Of a DNA stretch of 64,000 nucleotides, positions 49,621-63,289 are shown piece by piece. Below the pieces are notes generated by a model. It searched no databases. It had not been told where the DNA came from and saw only the letters and a program-made list of their open reading frames with translations. Within the stretch, counting starts at the first letter, position 1. Every line of letters begins with the position of its first letter. Origin of the DNA: Octopus sinensis. Lineage: Eukaryota. The translations under genes were made by a program, and so were the position numbers. The stretch covers positions 4,092,001 through 4,156,000 of the forward strand of contig NC_043020.1 of assembly GCF_006345805.1 (NCBI RefSeq). Reading direction: 5' to 3'.

Positions 49621-50221
49621 ATAAGGAACTTTAAAAACATTAATATTAATACATCAAACATGATACACGTATTGTTTAATATATTTAATTATATATTAAA
49701 AAAATATGAACGAGGCCTATGGTTATATATATAAGTACCATATTTTTAAATACCTACAACATCATTATGTTGACAAATATAGGCAATAAAAATAAAAATT
49801 AAAAAAATAACAACTTTTAGCCATAGGCTGAAACAGCTGTAAGAAGTGATTTTAATGATTTCAATAATTTATATTATGACTTTTATAACTTGTATTCTTA
49901 TCTTATATATTATATGTATTGAATTATAAGATATATATGTATGCTATTAAGGTTCTCATTTTGTTAAATGAATAAATAATCCAACATTATAATATCCGAA
50001 AGTTGATGAACAAACTAAATTTGTTTCTCCATTTTCTTATTTGTATTATAAATTTACGGTAAAAATATTTCTTTACCTTCACCTGTTTAATACATTAAAT
50101 GAGTTAATTGCATTGCAATTAAAAACATTTATGTATTAAGAATCTGGGTACTTTACCAACAGTATATTAGATAAATGCTATCCCATAGTGGGTTACACCC
50201 ATAACCCCTATCTTACTTTGA

Positions 50222-50285
<64 letters not shown>

Positions 50286-50427
50286 TATATATATAAAGAT
50301 TGGAGCCTGGTGCAGCCATCTGGTTCGCAAGACCACAGTCAAATCGTCTAACCCATGCTAGCATGGAAAGTGGACGTTAAACTACAATGATGATGATGAT
50401 GATGATATATACATATATACATATATA

Positions 50428-50473
<46 letters not shown>

Positions 50474-50648
50474 GGGAGAGAGTGAGTGAGAGAGAGAGAG
50501 AGAGAGAGACAAACAGACAGATCAGTCAACACAGGACTAGTCAGGTATTCAAGTGGTGCTGTAGGTAAAAATTGAAGTAGATGGAGCCACTTGAGATACT
50601 GAGAAGTGTTGTCAGTTGAATATGTCATCAGAAAAATAGAAGCAGTGG

Positions 50649-50682
<34 letters not shown>

Positions 50683-50990
50683 TGTTATTGGTCCATCACC
50701 CCCACCACCACCACCACCACCACCAGCAGCACAACCACCATTACCTCCATCAAAACTACCATTCCCATTATCATGACAACCACCACTACCACAACTAACC
50801 TACTCATCACTGCTACCACTAACCAAGTCCTACTATCACCATCACCATGACCACCACCACCACCACCACCAGTAACAACAACAACAACATGGAGATATTT
50901 GAATGGATGGGGGTTATTAAAAATAGGACAATAATATTTTATGATTTGGCAATGATGTCATGTTACTTAAATGGTCAAAACCGTGTTTAA

Positions 50991-51211
50991 CCCTTTAGTG
51001 TTCGCATTATTCTGCCAAAATTAATCCTTTTTCATCCACATTGCCTTGAACTAATCAGGCATTATCTTGGTGCTATGAGATTTTGATGAGGTAGCTGTTA
51101 ATTTTTGAAACAACATTGTAGGGTTGGTGTGAGAGACCAGATCTGGCCAGTTTGAACATAAAACAGGCAGAATACTTTTGGCCGGATATGGCCGGTTTAA
51201 ATGCTAAAGGG
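50991..51211. mobile_element. piggyBac-type MITE
   Basis: TTAA|CCCTTTAG ... CTAAAGGG|TTAA with TTAA TSDs at 50987-50990 and 51212-51215; subterminal ATTCTGCC/GGCAGAAT. Confidence 0.85.
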
Positions 51212-51240
51212 TTAAACCATTAGAACTAATATCCATACTT

Positions 51241-52052
51241 CTATCACCTCCCACTTCACCACTATCACCTCCACCCACTTCATCCCTTTCACCTCCTACT
51301 TCACCTCCATCACCTCCCACTTCACCACTATCACCTCCACCCACTTCATCCCTTTCACCTCCTACTTCACCTCCATCACCTCCCACTTCACCACTATCAC
51401 CTCCACCCACTTCATCCCTTTCACCTCCTACTTCACCTCCATCACCTCCCACTTCACCACTATCACCTCCACCCACTTCATCCCTTTCACCTCCTACTTC
51501 ACCTCCATCACCTCCCACTTCACCACTATCACCTCCACCCACTTCATCCCTTCACCTCCTACTTCACCTCTATCACCTCCCACTTCACACCACTATCACC
51601 TCCACCCACTTCATCCCTTTCACCTCCTACTTCACCTCCATCACCTCCCACTTCACCACTATCACCTCCACCCACTTCATCCCTTTCACCTCCTACTTCA
51701 CCTCCATCACCTCCCACTTCACCACTATCACCTCCACCCACTTCATCCCTTTCACCTCCTACTTCACCTCCATCACCTCCCACTTCACCACTATCACCTC
51801 CACCCACTTCATCCCTTTCACCTCCTACTTCACCTCCATCACCTCCCACTTCACCACTATCACCTCCACCCACTTCATCCCTTTCACCTCCTACTTCACC
51901 TCCATCACCTCCCACTTCACCACTATCACCTCCACCCACTTCATCCCTTTCACCTCCTACTTCACCTCTATCACCTCCCACTTCACCACTATCACCTCCA
52001 CCCACTTCATCCCTTTCACCTCCTACTTCACCTCCATCACCTCCCACTTCAC
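51241..52052. repeat. 66-bp minisatellite, about 12 copies, G-free on the + strand
   Basis: Unit ACTATCACCTCCACCCACTTCATCCCTTTCACCTCCTACTTCACCTCCATCACCTCCCACTTCACC; period 66 (51261 to 51327). Confidence 0.95.
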
Positions 52053-52146
52053 ATGCACTCTTCCAAAAGTTGAAGGATATACCCCCACCCTCATTCTTAT
52101 CCCCTGTCACCACCAATTATTATTATTATTATTATTATTATTATCA

Positions 52147-52535
52147 AGTTTTACTTGAAAAGGAAAATGAGAGTAGAGAGGGAATTGCCGCAGCAAATTC
52201 ATTGAAAGGTGGAAGAATGGCCAGTATGTTCCTGACCAATTCTGAGGATACACCTGTAAGAAAAAAAGGTAATATAAAAGGAGAAAAGGGCTCTCTACCC
52301 CCTTTTTGACCAGGCTCCCATGGTTTTTATGGGTTTTTCCACGAGTAACCTTTCGAAGCGCCTCCCCCCATTGGGAGGTTTTACTTGTTATATTTTCGTT
52401 GTTATCTTGCATTTTTACACAGACTTTTCAAACGGACAAAACCCTTTTTGTAACTTTCGTCCTGTATTTTGTCTTTTATTTGATTTTTGTTAGCCCTTGT
52501 GGCCAATGAACGAGAATTAATTATTATTATTATTG
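52147..52535 (+). mobile_element. Tx1/L1-like LINE 3' end with 3' UTR and (ATT)n tail
   Basis: TTACTTGAAAAGGAAAATGAGAGTAGAGAGGGAA is homologous to the ORF2 end of the 8130-10320 element (8870-8910, reverse). Confidence 0.65.
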
Positions 52536-52779
52536 CCATCAGGTTGCAGGGAAGTGAGAGCAAGATTTCAAATGAGTCTTCAAAAGACCTCTAATCCTCA
52601 TCAATTATAATTAATCAAACCATAATTATGATTTGACTCTCATCAAAATATTAGTTTTTGTCAATAAAGAATTTGCTTGCCATAAATTGTTCATTTAAAA
52701 AAATATCACAGCATACAACTTTCTTTTATTTTATTCAAAATTTCAATGACATGATTTTTTTCATTCTCTAATATTTCAT

Positions 52780-53011
52780 GTTGTGTCTGGGGAGAGACAT
52801 TTTCGTTTTGTGCCTTATAATGTAACACACTCACCGGTAAAATTTCCACTTTTTTCTTATTTTTATTTTCTTGAGAGTCAAAACTATTGAAAAGGTTGCA
52901 AGACGCAACGAAAATTTTAGGAAAATAAAAGTAAGAAAAAAGTGGAAATTTTACCGGTGAGTGTGTTACATTATAAGGCACAAAAAGAAAATGACTCTCC
53001 CCAGACACAAC
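52780..53011. repeat. Foldback: 91-bp inverted arms with 50-bp spacer
   Basis: 52780-52870 versus the reverse complement of 52921-53011 differ at 3 positions. Confidence 0.9.
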
Positions 53012-55409
53012 AAAATATGCTTCAACACACGAACTCATATAAAGAATCTTGCAAACCAAATCCAAAACGAAATCTAATATTTCATATTTAAATTAATTAT
53101 CAAAATTCACATCGTTGCTAGGCAACAGAAAATGGGACAAGTCTCTTATGTAAGGACTGTAAGAATAGTTGAATAGGGTTTTTCTGAAGAATCTAAGAGA
53201 GGTGAAAAGGCTTGTTGAGGGAGACAGCAAGAGGATCATATTGGCTCTTGGATGAAACAATCGAGAGAATAATGCATGATGGATAAGGGTCCACTGATAG
53301 AAAGGGCCACATAAGACGATGCAGAGTAGTTCCTAAGTGGGCCTATAGCATGACACAGACTTGATTATTTGCAACAGGTGATATGGGATTGTCTGAACAG
53401 GGTTCCTTTTAAAAGCCCCTACACAGGGGCATTCCACTGTTTGATGCATGAGAGAGAATCTCACCCTCATTCCAACATGCATGTGATTACAAAAGTGATG
53501 AATGTGCCAACAGAAATGAATAACTGTGGTGTATGACATGCGTTATTCTTAAGGAAGAGGACACAACCTTGTATGCGAAAAGGTTCCATCAGGAAAATTG
53601 GCTCAGAATTCTGGACAATATTCCCAGCCAGATAAACCTTTCAAACAGCACCTAATTGCATAACAAGGTAGAATGCAGAAATCCTAGGTACCACACATGT
53701 GGTAACACAATCACCTGAGGGCCTTCTGTTCACAAAAAAAAACCCCCAAAAGAACATGAACCATCAGTGCTGCTGCTGATACAACAACAGCAACAACAAC
53801 AGACATCCAATGAAAATCAACACATCATAGAGGATTGTCAACAGTTGGGGGCAGCAGAGGAGTGTGGCACCTCTGAAACAACCCCACAAATGGCATCAAG
53901 TCTTCCTTATCTTTCTTTCACCACTTAGGGTTGACCAATACCTTGTGAGTGCGATTTGATAGGCAGAAACTGTGCAAACTCATCATGTGTCTGTGTGTCT
54001 GTGTGTGTCTGTGTGTGTGTGTGTCTGTGTGTGTCTGTGTGTGTCTGTGTGTGTCTGTGTGTGTCTGTGTGCTCATGACAATGGTCTGAACTAATGTCAA
54101 GTTACACCTCTTCATATCAGAACTATAACCTAGAGGTTCAATAAATCAAAATCGATAAAAGAAATGCCAAGCTGATACAATTTCTGGTTTCAGTATGATT
54201 GACTGAAATCCAAAAGTCAGTGCTCCAGAAGGGCCACAGTCTAGTGGATGAAATCAGTAACAAAAAAATTATTTAATAGAATTTGGTTTATTTACTTCAA
54301 GGACAAGAAACAGGCCAAAAGTGTTTCTGTTTTAACTCTTTTCTTTTCTCATTTTCTTGTATCGGTTTTAAATACCAACAAATAACAAAGGAAGCTTTGT
54401 GTCTTATTTTTGGTATTTGTGTATTTGGTGTGAAAAAGGTCAGAGGAGTAGAAGGATGAGAGAAAAGGTCAGCAGCACCACCACAACAGTGGTAATAAGC
54501 TGGATGTAAACAAAAACAAATAAAACTACAATCATATAAGTGTCAGCACAAACACAAGCAAAACAACAACAACAACAAAAACGAGAAGAACAGAGATAAA
54601 TCTTCAACTGCACCAATCCCTGAAAGGGGGAAAACTGGCTTTATGAACCAGCACCACAACAACAACACCAAAAGCATGCACAGACGAAGGCAGACAGAAA
54701 TTCCACTCACATCAACCACCAACAAACTCCTGGTCTGGAGACACAACCAGAAATTTACAAGATATAAAGTATGGATTGCTCCAAGACGCAACTGCATTTT
54801 TGACATCAAAATATTGCAAATCCCTTCAAAAGCCTAAGTTGTCCCCTTATTTCAGATGTAAGGTCTTTTACACTTTCTGATTTAAATGACTCACCTGACA
54901 TAATAATCACACCCGTTCACTGTCTAAAAATTTACTGAAGAAACCTGAGAACATGTCTCTGCATCATCAGCCATGCCATGCTCAGTCCATCACTCAGTGG
55001 ATGCTGACGGCAACCTGATGAGTAGAATGCATCCTCTCCGAAGGAAATGGAAGAGCATTGACTTTACCATAAAGCTTTTTCTATTATTTCTTTCTCCAAA
55101 TGAGGGAAGACATACCCCTTCAGGCTTGTTGAAACAAATCTATCAAGAGTAGTGACAAAAATCACAACTTGCCGGTAAGGTTGAAATGGATTCTTCATGC
55201 AAAATACTGACTAGAAACAGATTATACGACATCATCCATTAACAAGGGATGCATCCCCAAAGGAGGAACCAACCTAAGGTCAGAAAGTTGTAAATTGGAA
55301 CAAACTCCTCTGAACCGAGAAATCAACCCTGGCACCTCAAGAGAAGTGATGACAGCATTCCACCCTGTCAGGGTGGAATAAAACTGAGTTGTGTTTCACT
55401 ATCTGGAGA

Positions 55410-55720
55410 GAAATGATAGGGGATAGCACCCATGATTATATTGATGTAAACAAATTAGCCAACGTAATCAGAGATGTCGTGTGTAATAATCATCTAACAC
55501 CGGCCGAATTAGAGACAATAAAATATAATACCAGTAATTAGAGACAATATATTATAATACCAGTGCCATCTCAGAAAATCAATCTGAAGCACAAGGTGCA
55601 GGCGCTGGGAATAATGAAGAGGAAAACACTTCAACTTGTTGAGAGAGACACTCCTGAACACGAGGATGATGCAGGTGAATTAGAAGCTGAAGCAGTAGGA
55701 GTCTGAAGTGAAAGTAAAAT
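55410..55720 (+). mobile_element. R4/NeSL-like N-terminal remnant
   Basis: YIDVNKLANVIRDVVCNNHLTPAELETIK resembles the N-terminal RLA...R.I..N..L...EL..I motif. Confidence 0.45.
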
Positions 55721-55805
55721 AGCAGAAAGTAGGAATGAACTTGAAGCTGCTTAACTTTGGTGATCGGAGGAGAACCTAGGCATTCAACATGATATGGCCG
55801 TGAGC

Positions 55806-55842
<37 letters not shown>

Positions 55843-56639
55843 TTAATGATAATAATAATAGTCAACATTTAACGTCTGTTTTCCATGCTGGCATGAGTTG
55901 GACGGTTTGACTGGAACTGGTAAGCCAGAGAGCTGCATCAGGTTCCAATCTGATTTGACAGGGTTTCTACAGCTGGATGCCCTTCCTAATGCCAACCACT
56001 CTGAGTGTGTGGTGGGTGCTTTTTACATGCCATTGGCACAGGTGCCATTTGCATGACACTGGCACACAACCATGACTATGGTTTCACTTGCCAAGGCCTC
56101 CATCACTTGTTATTGCCTCCTCCATGAGGCTCAACTTTCATTCAGATATCATGTTTCAGCATCTCATCCCTCACCTCCGCTACAAGCAATGGCCATGACT
56201 GCAATTTCACAGGTGTCATTTGTATGATACCAGCAATGGAGAAGCTATACCTGGCCCCTCAACACTACACACTATCCAAAAAATAGCCTTGCTAGGGACA
56301 ACCCACATTCTATGCAAGATACTATCAATTCAATACAACCCAAACAAAACAATCCACATAAACAAGACACACTCAAAGAAGATCAAATAATTGAAACCAC
56401 TATCAATAGACTTTTTCTACAAAAGGTGTGATCTTGTTTATATTTGGAGCTTTTAAGATCCAGCTCTGTGGGACAAACTGATACAATACAACATCAGGAA
56501 GAGTTTGCACACACCCAACAACTGAGAAGAACACACAATAACACCTCCACCCCCAGCAACATGAAAGTGTAGCAGGTGACGCAGCAGAAATTTACTTGAA
56601 GCTACCAAATGTTGAATAATAATAACAAAAAATAATAAT

Positions 56640-57990
56640 AATGATGGCCCTGCTCGATCTGTAGAAAAGGCGTAGGTAGAAACTCTATAAGATGTACCCA
56701 GTGTAAACTATGGACACATAAGAGGTGCAGCAATGTCAAAGGAAGGCTAATTGGGAAGATAGTTTTTGTATGTGGCAGATGCTCAGGAGCAATAAACACT
56801 GAAAACAAGCAGAGAACAACTTCTGTCACATTCCAGGGAAAAAAACTAGAAGTAGTTGAAAGCTTCCGTTACCTAGGTGACCAAGTCAGTAGTGGGGGTG
56901 GATGTGCTGAAAGTTAACTGCTAGAGTAAGAATAGCCTGGGCAAAGTTCAGAGAGCTCTTACCTCTGCTGGTGACAAAAGGCCTCTCACTTAGAGTAAAA
57001 GGCAGACTGTATGATGCGTGTGTACGAACAGCCATGCTACATGGCAGTGAAACATGGGCCTTGACTGCTGAAGACATGCGTAAGCTCACGAGGAATGAAG
57101 CCACTATGCTCCGATGGATGTGTAATGTCAGTGTTCATACTCGACAGAGTGTAAGTACCTTGAGAGAAAAGTTGGACCTAAGAAGCATCAGCTGTGGTGT
57201 GCAAGAGAGATGATTGCGCTGGTATGGTCATGTGGTGAGAATGGACGAAGATAGGTGTGTGAAAAAGTGCCAATCCCTAGCAGTTGAGGGAACCTGTGGA
57301 AGAGGTAGACCAGGTAGACCAGGAAGACCTTGGACGAGGTGGTGAAGCACGACCTTTGAACTTTAGGCCTCACCGAGGCAATGACCTTTGGAAATATGCT
57401 GTGCGTTAGAAGAGCCAGCAGGACAAATGAGTCCATCCCGTGTCCCTTGCCTTTCCTCCCTTGGACACACAAAGACCTGTTGAGGCAAGCAAAGTCGAAA
57501 TTGAACCAATCCTGTGACTGGCACCCGGCCGTTGCCATGGCCACTGGACTGACTCCTGTGCAGGTGGCAAGTAAAGAAACACCATTTCGACCCTGTGCTT
57601 CAGGAGATCCACTGAGTCAAGGACACCAACATAAAAGATCAATGGAAACTGCAGTTATGATACCCATGCCGGTGGTACATAAAAAGCATCATCCGAATGT
57701 GGCTGATGCCAGCGCCACCTAGACTGGCTTCCATGCCAGTGGCATGTAAAAAGCACCAATCCGATCGTGGCTATTGCCAGCCTCACCTGGCACCTGTGCC
57801 GGTGACACGTAAAAAGCACCCACTACACTCTCAGAGTTGTTGGCGTTAGGAAGGGCATCCAGCTGTAGAAACACTGCCAGATCAAACTGGAGCCTGGTGC
57901 AGCCTTCTGGCTTCCCAGATCCCTGGTCGAACCATCCAACCCATGCTAGCATGGAGAACAGACGTTAAACGAAACGAACGAACGAACGAA
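56640..57990 (+). mobile_element. RTE-clade LINE, 5'-truncated ORF2 C-terminus plus 3' UTR
   Basis: LEVVESFRYLGDQVS...LLPLLVTKGLSLRVKGRLYDACVRTAMLHGSETW...LRWYGHVVRMDEDR...GRGRP; stops present. Links the abundant (GAT)n-tailed repeat to an RTE LINE. Confidence 0.88.
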
Positions 57991-58009
57991 TAAGGCATTA
58001 TAAAATCAA

Positions 58010-58630
58010 AACCGCTGACAAATGGTATAAACACCATCCTGAAGCTGTGACTGGGAGAGAAAATGTGTCTATTCTCTGGGACTTCCCCGTACATACCATC
58101 AAACTATAAAAGCTAATAAACCAGATATTATCATAAAAGATCAGACAAAAAGGATGAGTTTATTAATTGACATGAGTATTCCTTGCGATCACAATATAGC
58201 GGCGAAAGAATTTGACAAGATCAGTAAATATAAAGACTTGCTAATAGAAATTGAAAAAATGTGGCATCTCAAGGCGACTACAGTACCAGTGATTGTAGGA
58301 TCTCTAGGAATGATAAAAAAAGGTACTGAAACCTATTTGAAAATGATTCCAAGCTTACCATCCCTACAGGAAGTGCAAAAAATCGTATTAACTGGAACGG
58401 CTCATGTACTGAGAAGAGCATTATCGCTGTGAAAATAACATCCATCCATGAATTTATTTATTTATTAATTATTAAATACATATTTTATCTGTGAATTTGC
58501 ACGTGTAATCTGGGAATGCATACAATGCCCTTCTCTGCCCTAGGTGTATGGAAAACACTCGGCGAGAAACGGAAGAAAATTTGAAGAAAGAAGGAAAAAA
58601 TATAATAATAATAATATAATAATAATAATA
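58010..58630 (+). mobile_element. R4/NeSL-like 3' fragment (REL endonuclease) with (AAT)n tail
   Basis: ILWDFPVHT..TIKANKPDIIIKD...LLIDMSIP...KYKDLLIEIEKMWHLK..TVPVIVGSLG. Confidence 0.85.
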
Positions 58631-58993
58631 ATTTTATTTCTACTATCTTATATCCTTCTGTTTGGATATGGACTTCACTGTGACAGTGTTAGAACACTAC
58701 AAAAACTAAATCAGTAACAAATACATAACAAACTGATATCTCTTCTCAATGACTTCTGCAACTGCCTTGACAGATGCGACTGCACACACCACACTGTGCA
58801 TTGCATTGTCAGTACGCATGCGTCTTTATATGGTTTAGGACAGTTCACTTGCTATCCCACTGGGTTGTCAGGATTTCACCACAACAATAGACACAAGGGC
58901 TGAGACTTTGGAGGAGGGGATAGTTGGTTACGTGGTTCCCAGTATTCAACTGGTACTTGAAAAGCAAATGCAACCTTGGCAAATAATAATGAT

Positions 58994-59027
<34 letters not shown>

Positions 59028-59149
59028 CAACAACAACAACAACAACAACAACAACACAACAACAACAACAACAACAGCAATAATAATAATAATAATAATA
59101 GAAGGAAAACTGATCCAGATAGCAGCAAAACACGAGCAAAACAAAGAAC

Positions 59150-60190
59150 TGTTCTCAGTATTTAAGGAAGCTGACAAATACAAACAAGAAATCAAACCAC
59201 CTAATAAACACGAAGAAGAAGAAGATGATGATGAAGAAACAACAAAAGCTATAAAACAAATGAAATCCAAACTAAAAATAGAACAGCAACGAACCATGAT
59301 AAAAAGATGGCAAGAAAAGCCCCTTCATGGTAAATACTGGACTAAACTAAACGCAAAAGAAATAGACAAATAAAAATCCCAGCAATGGTTGAGAAGCTCA
59401 GGACTCAAAGCAGGAACAGAGGGATTTTTAATTGCAGCACAAGACCAAAGCCTCCCCACCAGAAATTACCAAAAACATGTAATGAAAAGAAATATTACAA
59501 GTAACTGCAGAATATGTGGAGATGGACAAGAAACAATAAATCATATTATCTCTAGCTGCCCAGTCCTGGCTAAGAAGGAATATATTCACAGACACGACAG
59601 AGTTGGAACCAACATACATTGGAAGCTATGCCAACATTATAGAATAACAACAGAAAAAAGATGGTATAGGCACACACCAGAAAAGGTCACAGAAAACGAG
59701 AAAGCAACCATACTCTGGGATATGCCGATACACACAGATAGAGAAATTAAGGCCAACAGACCAGATATAGTTGTCAGAGATCATGAAGAAAAAAAATGCT
59801 TTCTAATTGATGTATCAATACCGGCAGATGACAACGTGTCTCTAAAAGAAATGGAGAAACTCTCAAAATACAAAGACCTGGAAATAGAGGTAACTAGAAT
59901 GTGGAATCTGAAAACAGAAACAATTCCTATCATAGTAGGTGCATTAGGCATGATAAAAAAATATTCAGACAAATACATAACAAAAACACCAGGACTTACA
60001 AACACATATAACATACAGAAAATTGCACTACTAGGCACTGCACACATCCTACGCAGAACACTTTCCATACAATAACCATCAGAGCATCACAACAAATCAC
60101 AGCACATACCCAAGGCACACAGAGCTGCGCTCGGTAGTGAAGTGAAAGCACGCTATAAAAATAAAACTACTGAATAATAATAATAATAAT
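59150..60190 (+). mobile_element. R4/NeSL-like retrotransposon 3' part: CCHC zinc knuckle and REL endonuclease (ORF 59389-60075), 3' UTR, (AAT)n tail
   Basis: EGFLIAAQDQSL, CRICGDGQETINHIISSC, RHDRV, RPDIVV..KKCFLIDVSIP, KYKDL; one stop upstream of the ORF. Confidence 0.9.
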
Positions 60191-60435
60191 AGAAACTTTC
60201 TTATTTAGGCTTCAAATTTTTTGTTCAGATGTGGTGGGGGTGGTAAGAGGTTGAGTTTGAACACTGAATAGAAAATTGCTTTTTGAATGTTTGTATTATT
60301 AGTTACCAATGCATGTAGGATTGGGGAGGGGGAGAGTAGAATAGTAAACTGTCCAGCTGTCTAGTGCAAGACCAACTGATAAGATCAGCCCTAATGCATA
60401 GATAATACTGTATGCTTTGATTAATATGAATATTG

Positions 60436-60478
60436 ATAGATAGATACACAGATAGATAGATAGATAGATAGATTGATT

Positions 60479-60541
<63 letters not shown>

Positions 60542-60601
60542 TGATTGATAGATAGATAGATAGATAGATAAACAGACAGACAGACAGACAGACTGACAGA
60601 C

Positions 60602-60681
<80 letters not shown>

Positions 60682-60815
60682 AACAGACAGACAGACAGAC
60701 AGACAGATTGATAGATAGATAGATAGATAGATAGATACATACATACATACATACATACATACATACATACATACATACATACATACATACATACATACAT
60801 ACATACATAGGTAGA
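60436..60815. repeat. Compound (GATA)n/(GACA)n/(CATA)n microsatellite
   Basis: Directly visible; source of the YLSI ORFs. Confidence 0.95.
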
Positions 60816-60819
60816 TAGA

Positions 60820-62200
60820 TAGATATGCTGATGACCTTGCTCTCTACCAGAACTAGAGATGAAGTTTCAGGTATGGAAGCAAGGTCTAGAAACAAAGGGC
60901 CTTAGAGTCAATCTAGCAAAAAGCAAAGTCTTAGTAAATAGGAAGGAAGACAAATCACAAATCCCTTCAGGTAGGTGGCCCTGCTCAACCTGTAGAAAAA
61001 GGTGTAGGTAGAAACCCTATAAGATGAACCCGGTGTAAGCTATGGACACATAAGAGGTGCAGCAATATCTAAGGGAGGTTAACTGGGAAGATAGTTTTTG
61101 TGTGACATGCACAGGGGCAATAAACATCGAAGATGTACAGAAAACAGATTCCATCACATGCCAGGAGCAGATACTAGAAGTGGTTGATAGCTTCTGCTAC
61201 CTAGGTGACCAAGTCTGCAGTGGGGGTGTACAGTCTGAGAGCAAAGTCACTAGGATAAGAATAGCCTGGACAAAGTTCAGAAAGCTCCTACCTCTGCTGG
61301 TAACAAAGGGTCTCTCGCTCAGAGTGAAAGGTCAACTGTATGATACATGTGTGCTACATGGCAATGAAATATGGTCCATGACTGCTGAAGACATGCCCAG
61401 GCTTGAAAGAAATGAAGCTAGTATCATCCGCTAGTAACATCAGTGACAGAGTGTAAGCACCCTGAGAGAAAAGTTGGACATCAGAAGTATCAGATGTGGT
61501 GTGCAAGAGAGATGTTTGCGCCGGTATGGTCATGTGCTGTGAATGGATGAGGAGAGATGTGTGAAGAAGTGTCACACCCTAACAGTGGAAGGAACCTGTG
61601 GAAGAGGTAGACCCAGGAAGACATGGGATGAGGTGGGGAAGTACGACCTTTGAACGTTGAGCCTTGCAAAGGCAATGACAAGAGACCAAAACCTTTGGAG
61701 ATATGCTGTGATTGAGAAGACTTGGCAAGTAAAGTGAGATCGCAGCCATGACTAATGCCAGTGTCACATAACCAGCCTATTTAAAAGTACCCTAAAATCA
61801 TCAGGTGATATGCTGTGCTTGAGAAGGCCTGTTGGGTCAAGTGAAATTGAAGTTGTGGCTAATGCTTGTACCACCTGATTGGCCCCTGTGCTGGTGGCAT
61901 GTAATAAGAACCATTCGAGCATGGGTCAATGCCAGTGCCACCTGACTGGCTCCACATGCTGGTGGAATGTAAAAAGCTCCATTCGAATGTGGTCAATGCC
62001 AGTGCTGCCTGACTGGCTCCCACGCCAGTGGCATGTAAAAAGTATCCACTACACTCTCGGAGTGGTTGGCATTAGGAAGGGCATCCAGCTGTAGAAACTT
62101 TGCGAGATCAGACTGGAGCCTGGTGCAGCCCTCTGGCTTGCCAGTCCTCAGTCAAACCGTCCAACCCATGCCAGCATGGAAAATGGATGTTAAACAATGA
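60820..62200 (+). mobile_element. Second RTE LINE ORF2 C-terminus plus 3' UTR, decayed
   Basis: YADDLAL...ILEVVDSFCYLGDQV...KGLSLRVKGQLYDTC; paralogous to 56640-57990. Confidence 0.85.
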
Positions 62201-62739
62201 TGATGATGATAATCATCATCATCATCATCATCATCATGATTTCAAGGCACTCAAACATTTGAATAGATTTTCAGAAGCTATAAATTATATTTTTATAATT
62301 CATAGCACAACTTGTATTATCCTTGTGGCACCATCTTTCAGAACTCCTTTGGTTATCTTGTCCGCAGTTCCAGCTGGGAATTGAAACAAAGTTGCTAGCT
62401 GAATTTACCGATTTTACTAGCATCACAGGACAAACATGAGGATTAATATAAGTAATTAACAATATAATGAGAGAAGAGAGATTATTAATTATTGTAGAAA
62501 AAAAATGGTTGGATTTAATCTGCTTCGTCCTTGGCACTACTGCCCTCATAAATTCATATTTGTTTGTATAAGAAATTATTATTTTTATTATTAAATAGCA
62601 ATAAAGAGAATTAATGAAAATTAGGGATTAATGCAGACGAACTCCCCACCTCACCGCCTTCTGTTTGTCCTCTAATATCCCCAGCAGTTGTTTACTTACA
62701 ACTGACATAATATACCAGCACCCTGGGGACAGGGATTGG

Positions 62740-62932
62740 CTGATCCATTAGAGTACTGGACTTGCAGTATTTAGTGAGTTCCTTTTATATTCTGAGTTCA
62801 AACCCCACTGAGATCAACTTGACTTTTATTCTTTAAAGGTCAATAAAATAAAGTATTAATCAAGAACTGAGGTCAGTTGTATTGACCAAAACTCCTCCCC
62901 ATCAAAAATTGATGGTTTTATACCTAAATTAA

Positions 62933-62983
<51 letters not shown>

Positions 62984-63233
62984 TATTATTATTATTTATT
63001 ATTATTATTGAGGTGACAAGCCGGCAGAATCATTAGCATGGCAGCCAAAATGCTTAGCGATATTTCATCCATATTTACGTTCCGAGTTCAAATTCCACTG
63101 AGGTCAACTTTGCTTTTCATCCTTTCAGGGTTGATAAAATAAATATCAGTTGAGTATTGGAGTTGATGTAATTGACTATACCCCTCCCCACAAATTTCAG
63201 GCCTTGTGCCTCTAGCAGAAAGGATTATTATCA

Positions 63234-63289
<56 letters not shown>

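Noticed and set aside
50630-50890. Ala/Pro-rich peptide (AAAAAAATAAAAVIGPSPPPPPPPPP)
   Set aside because: CAG/CAC triplet repeats with an in-frame stop and no supporting neighbouring exons.
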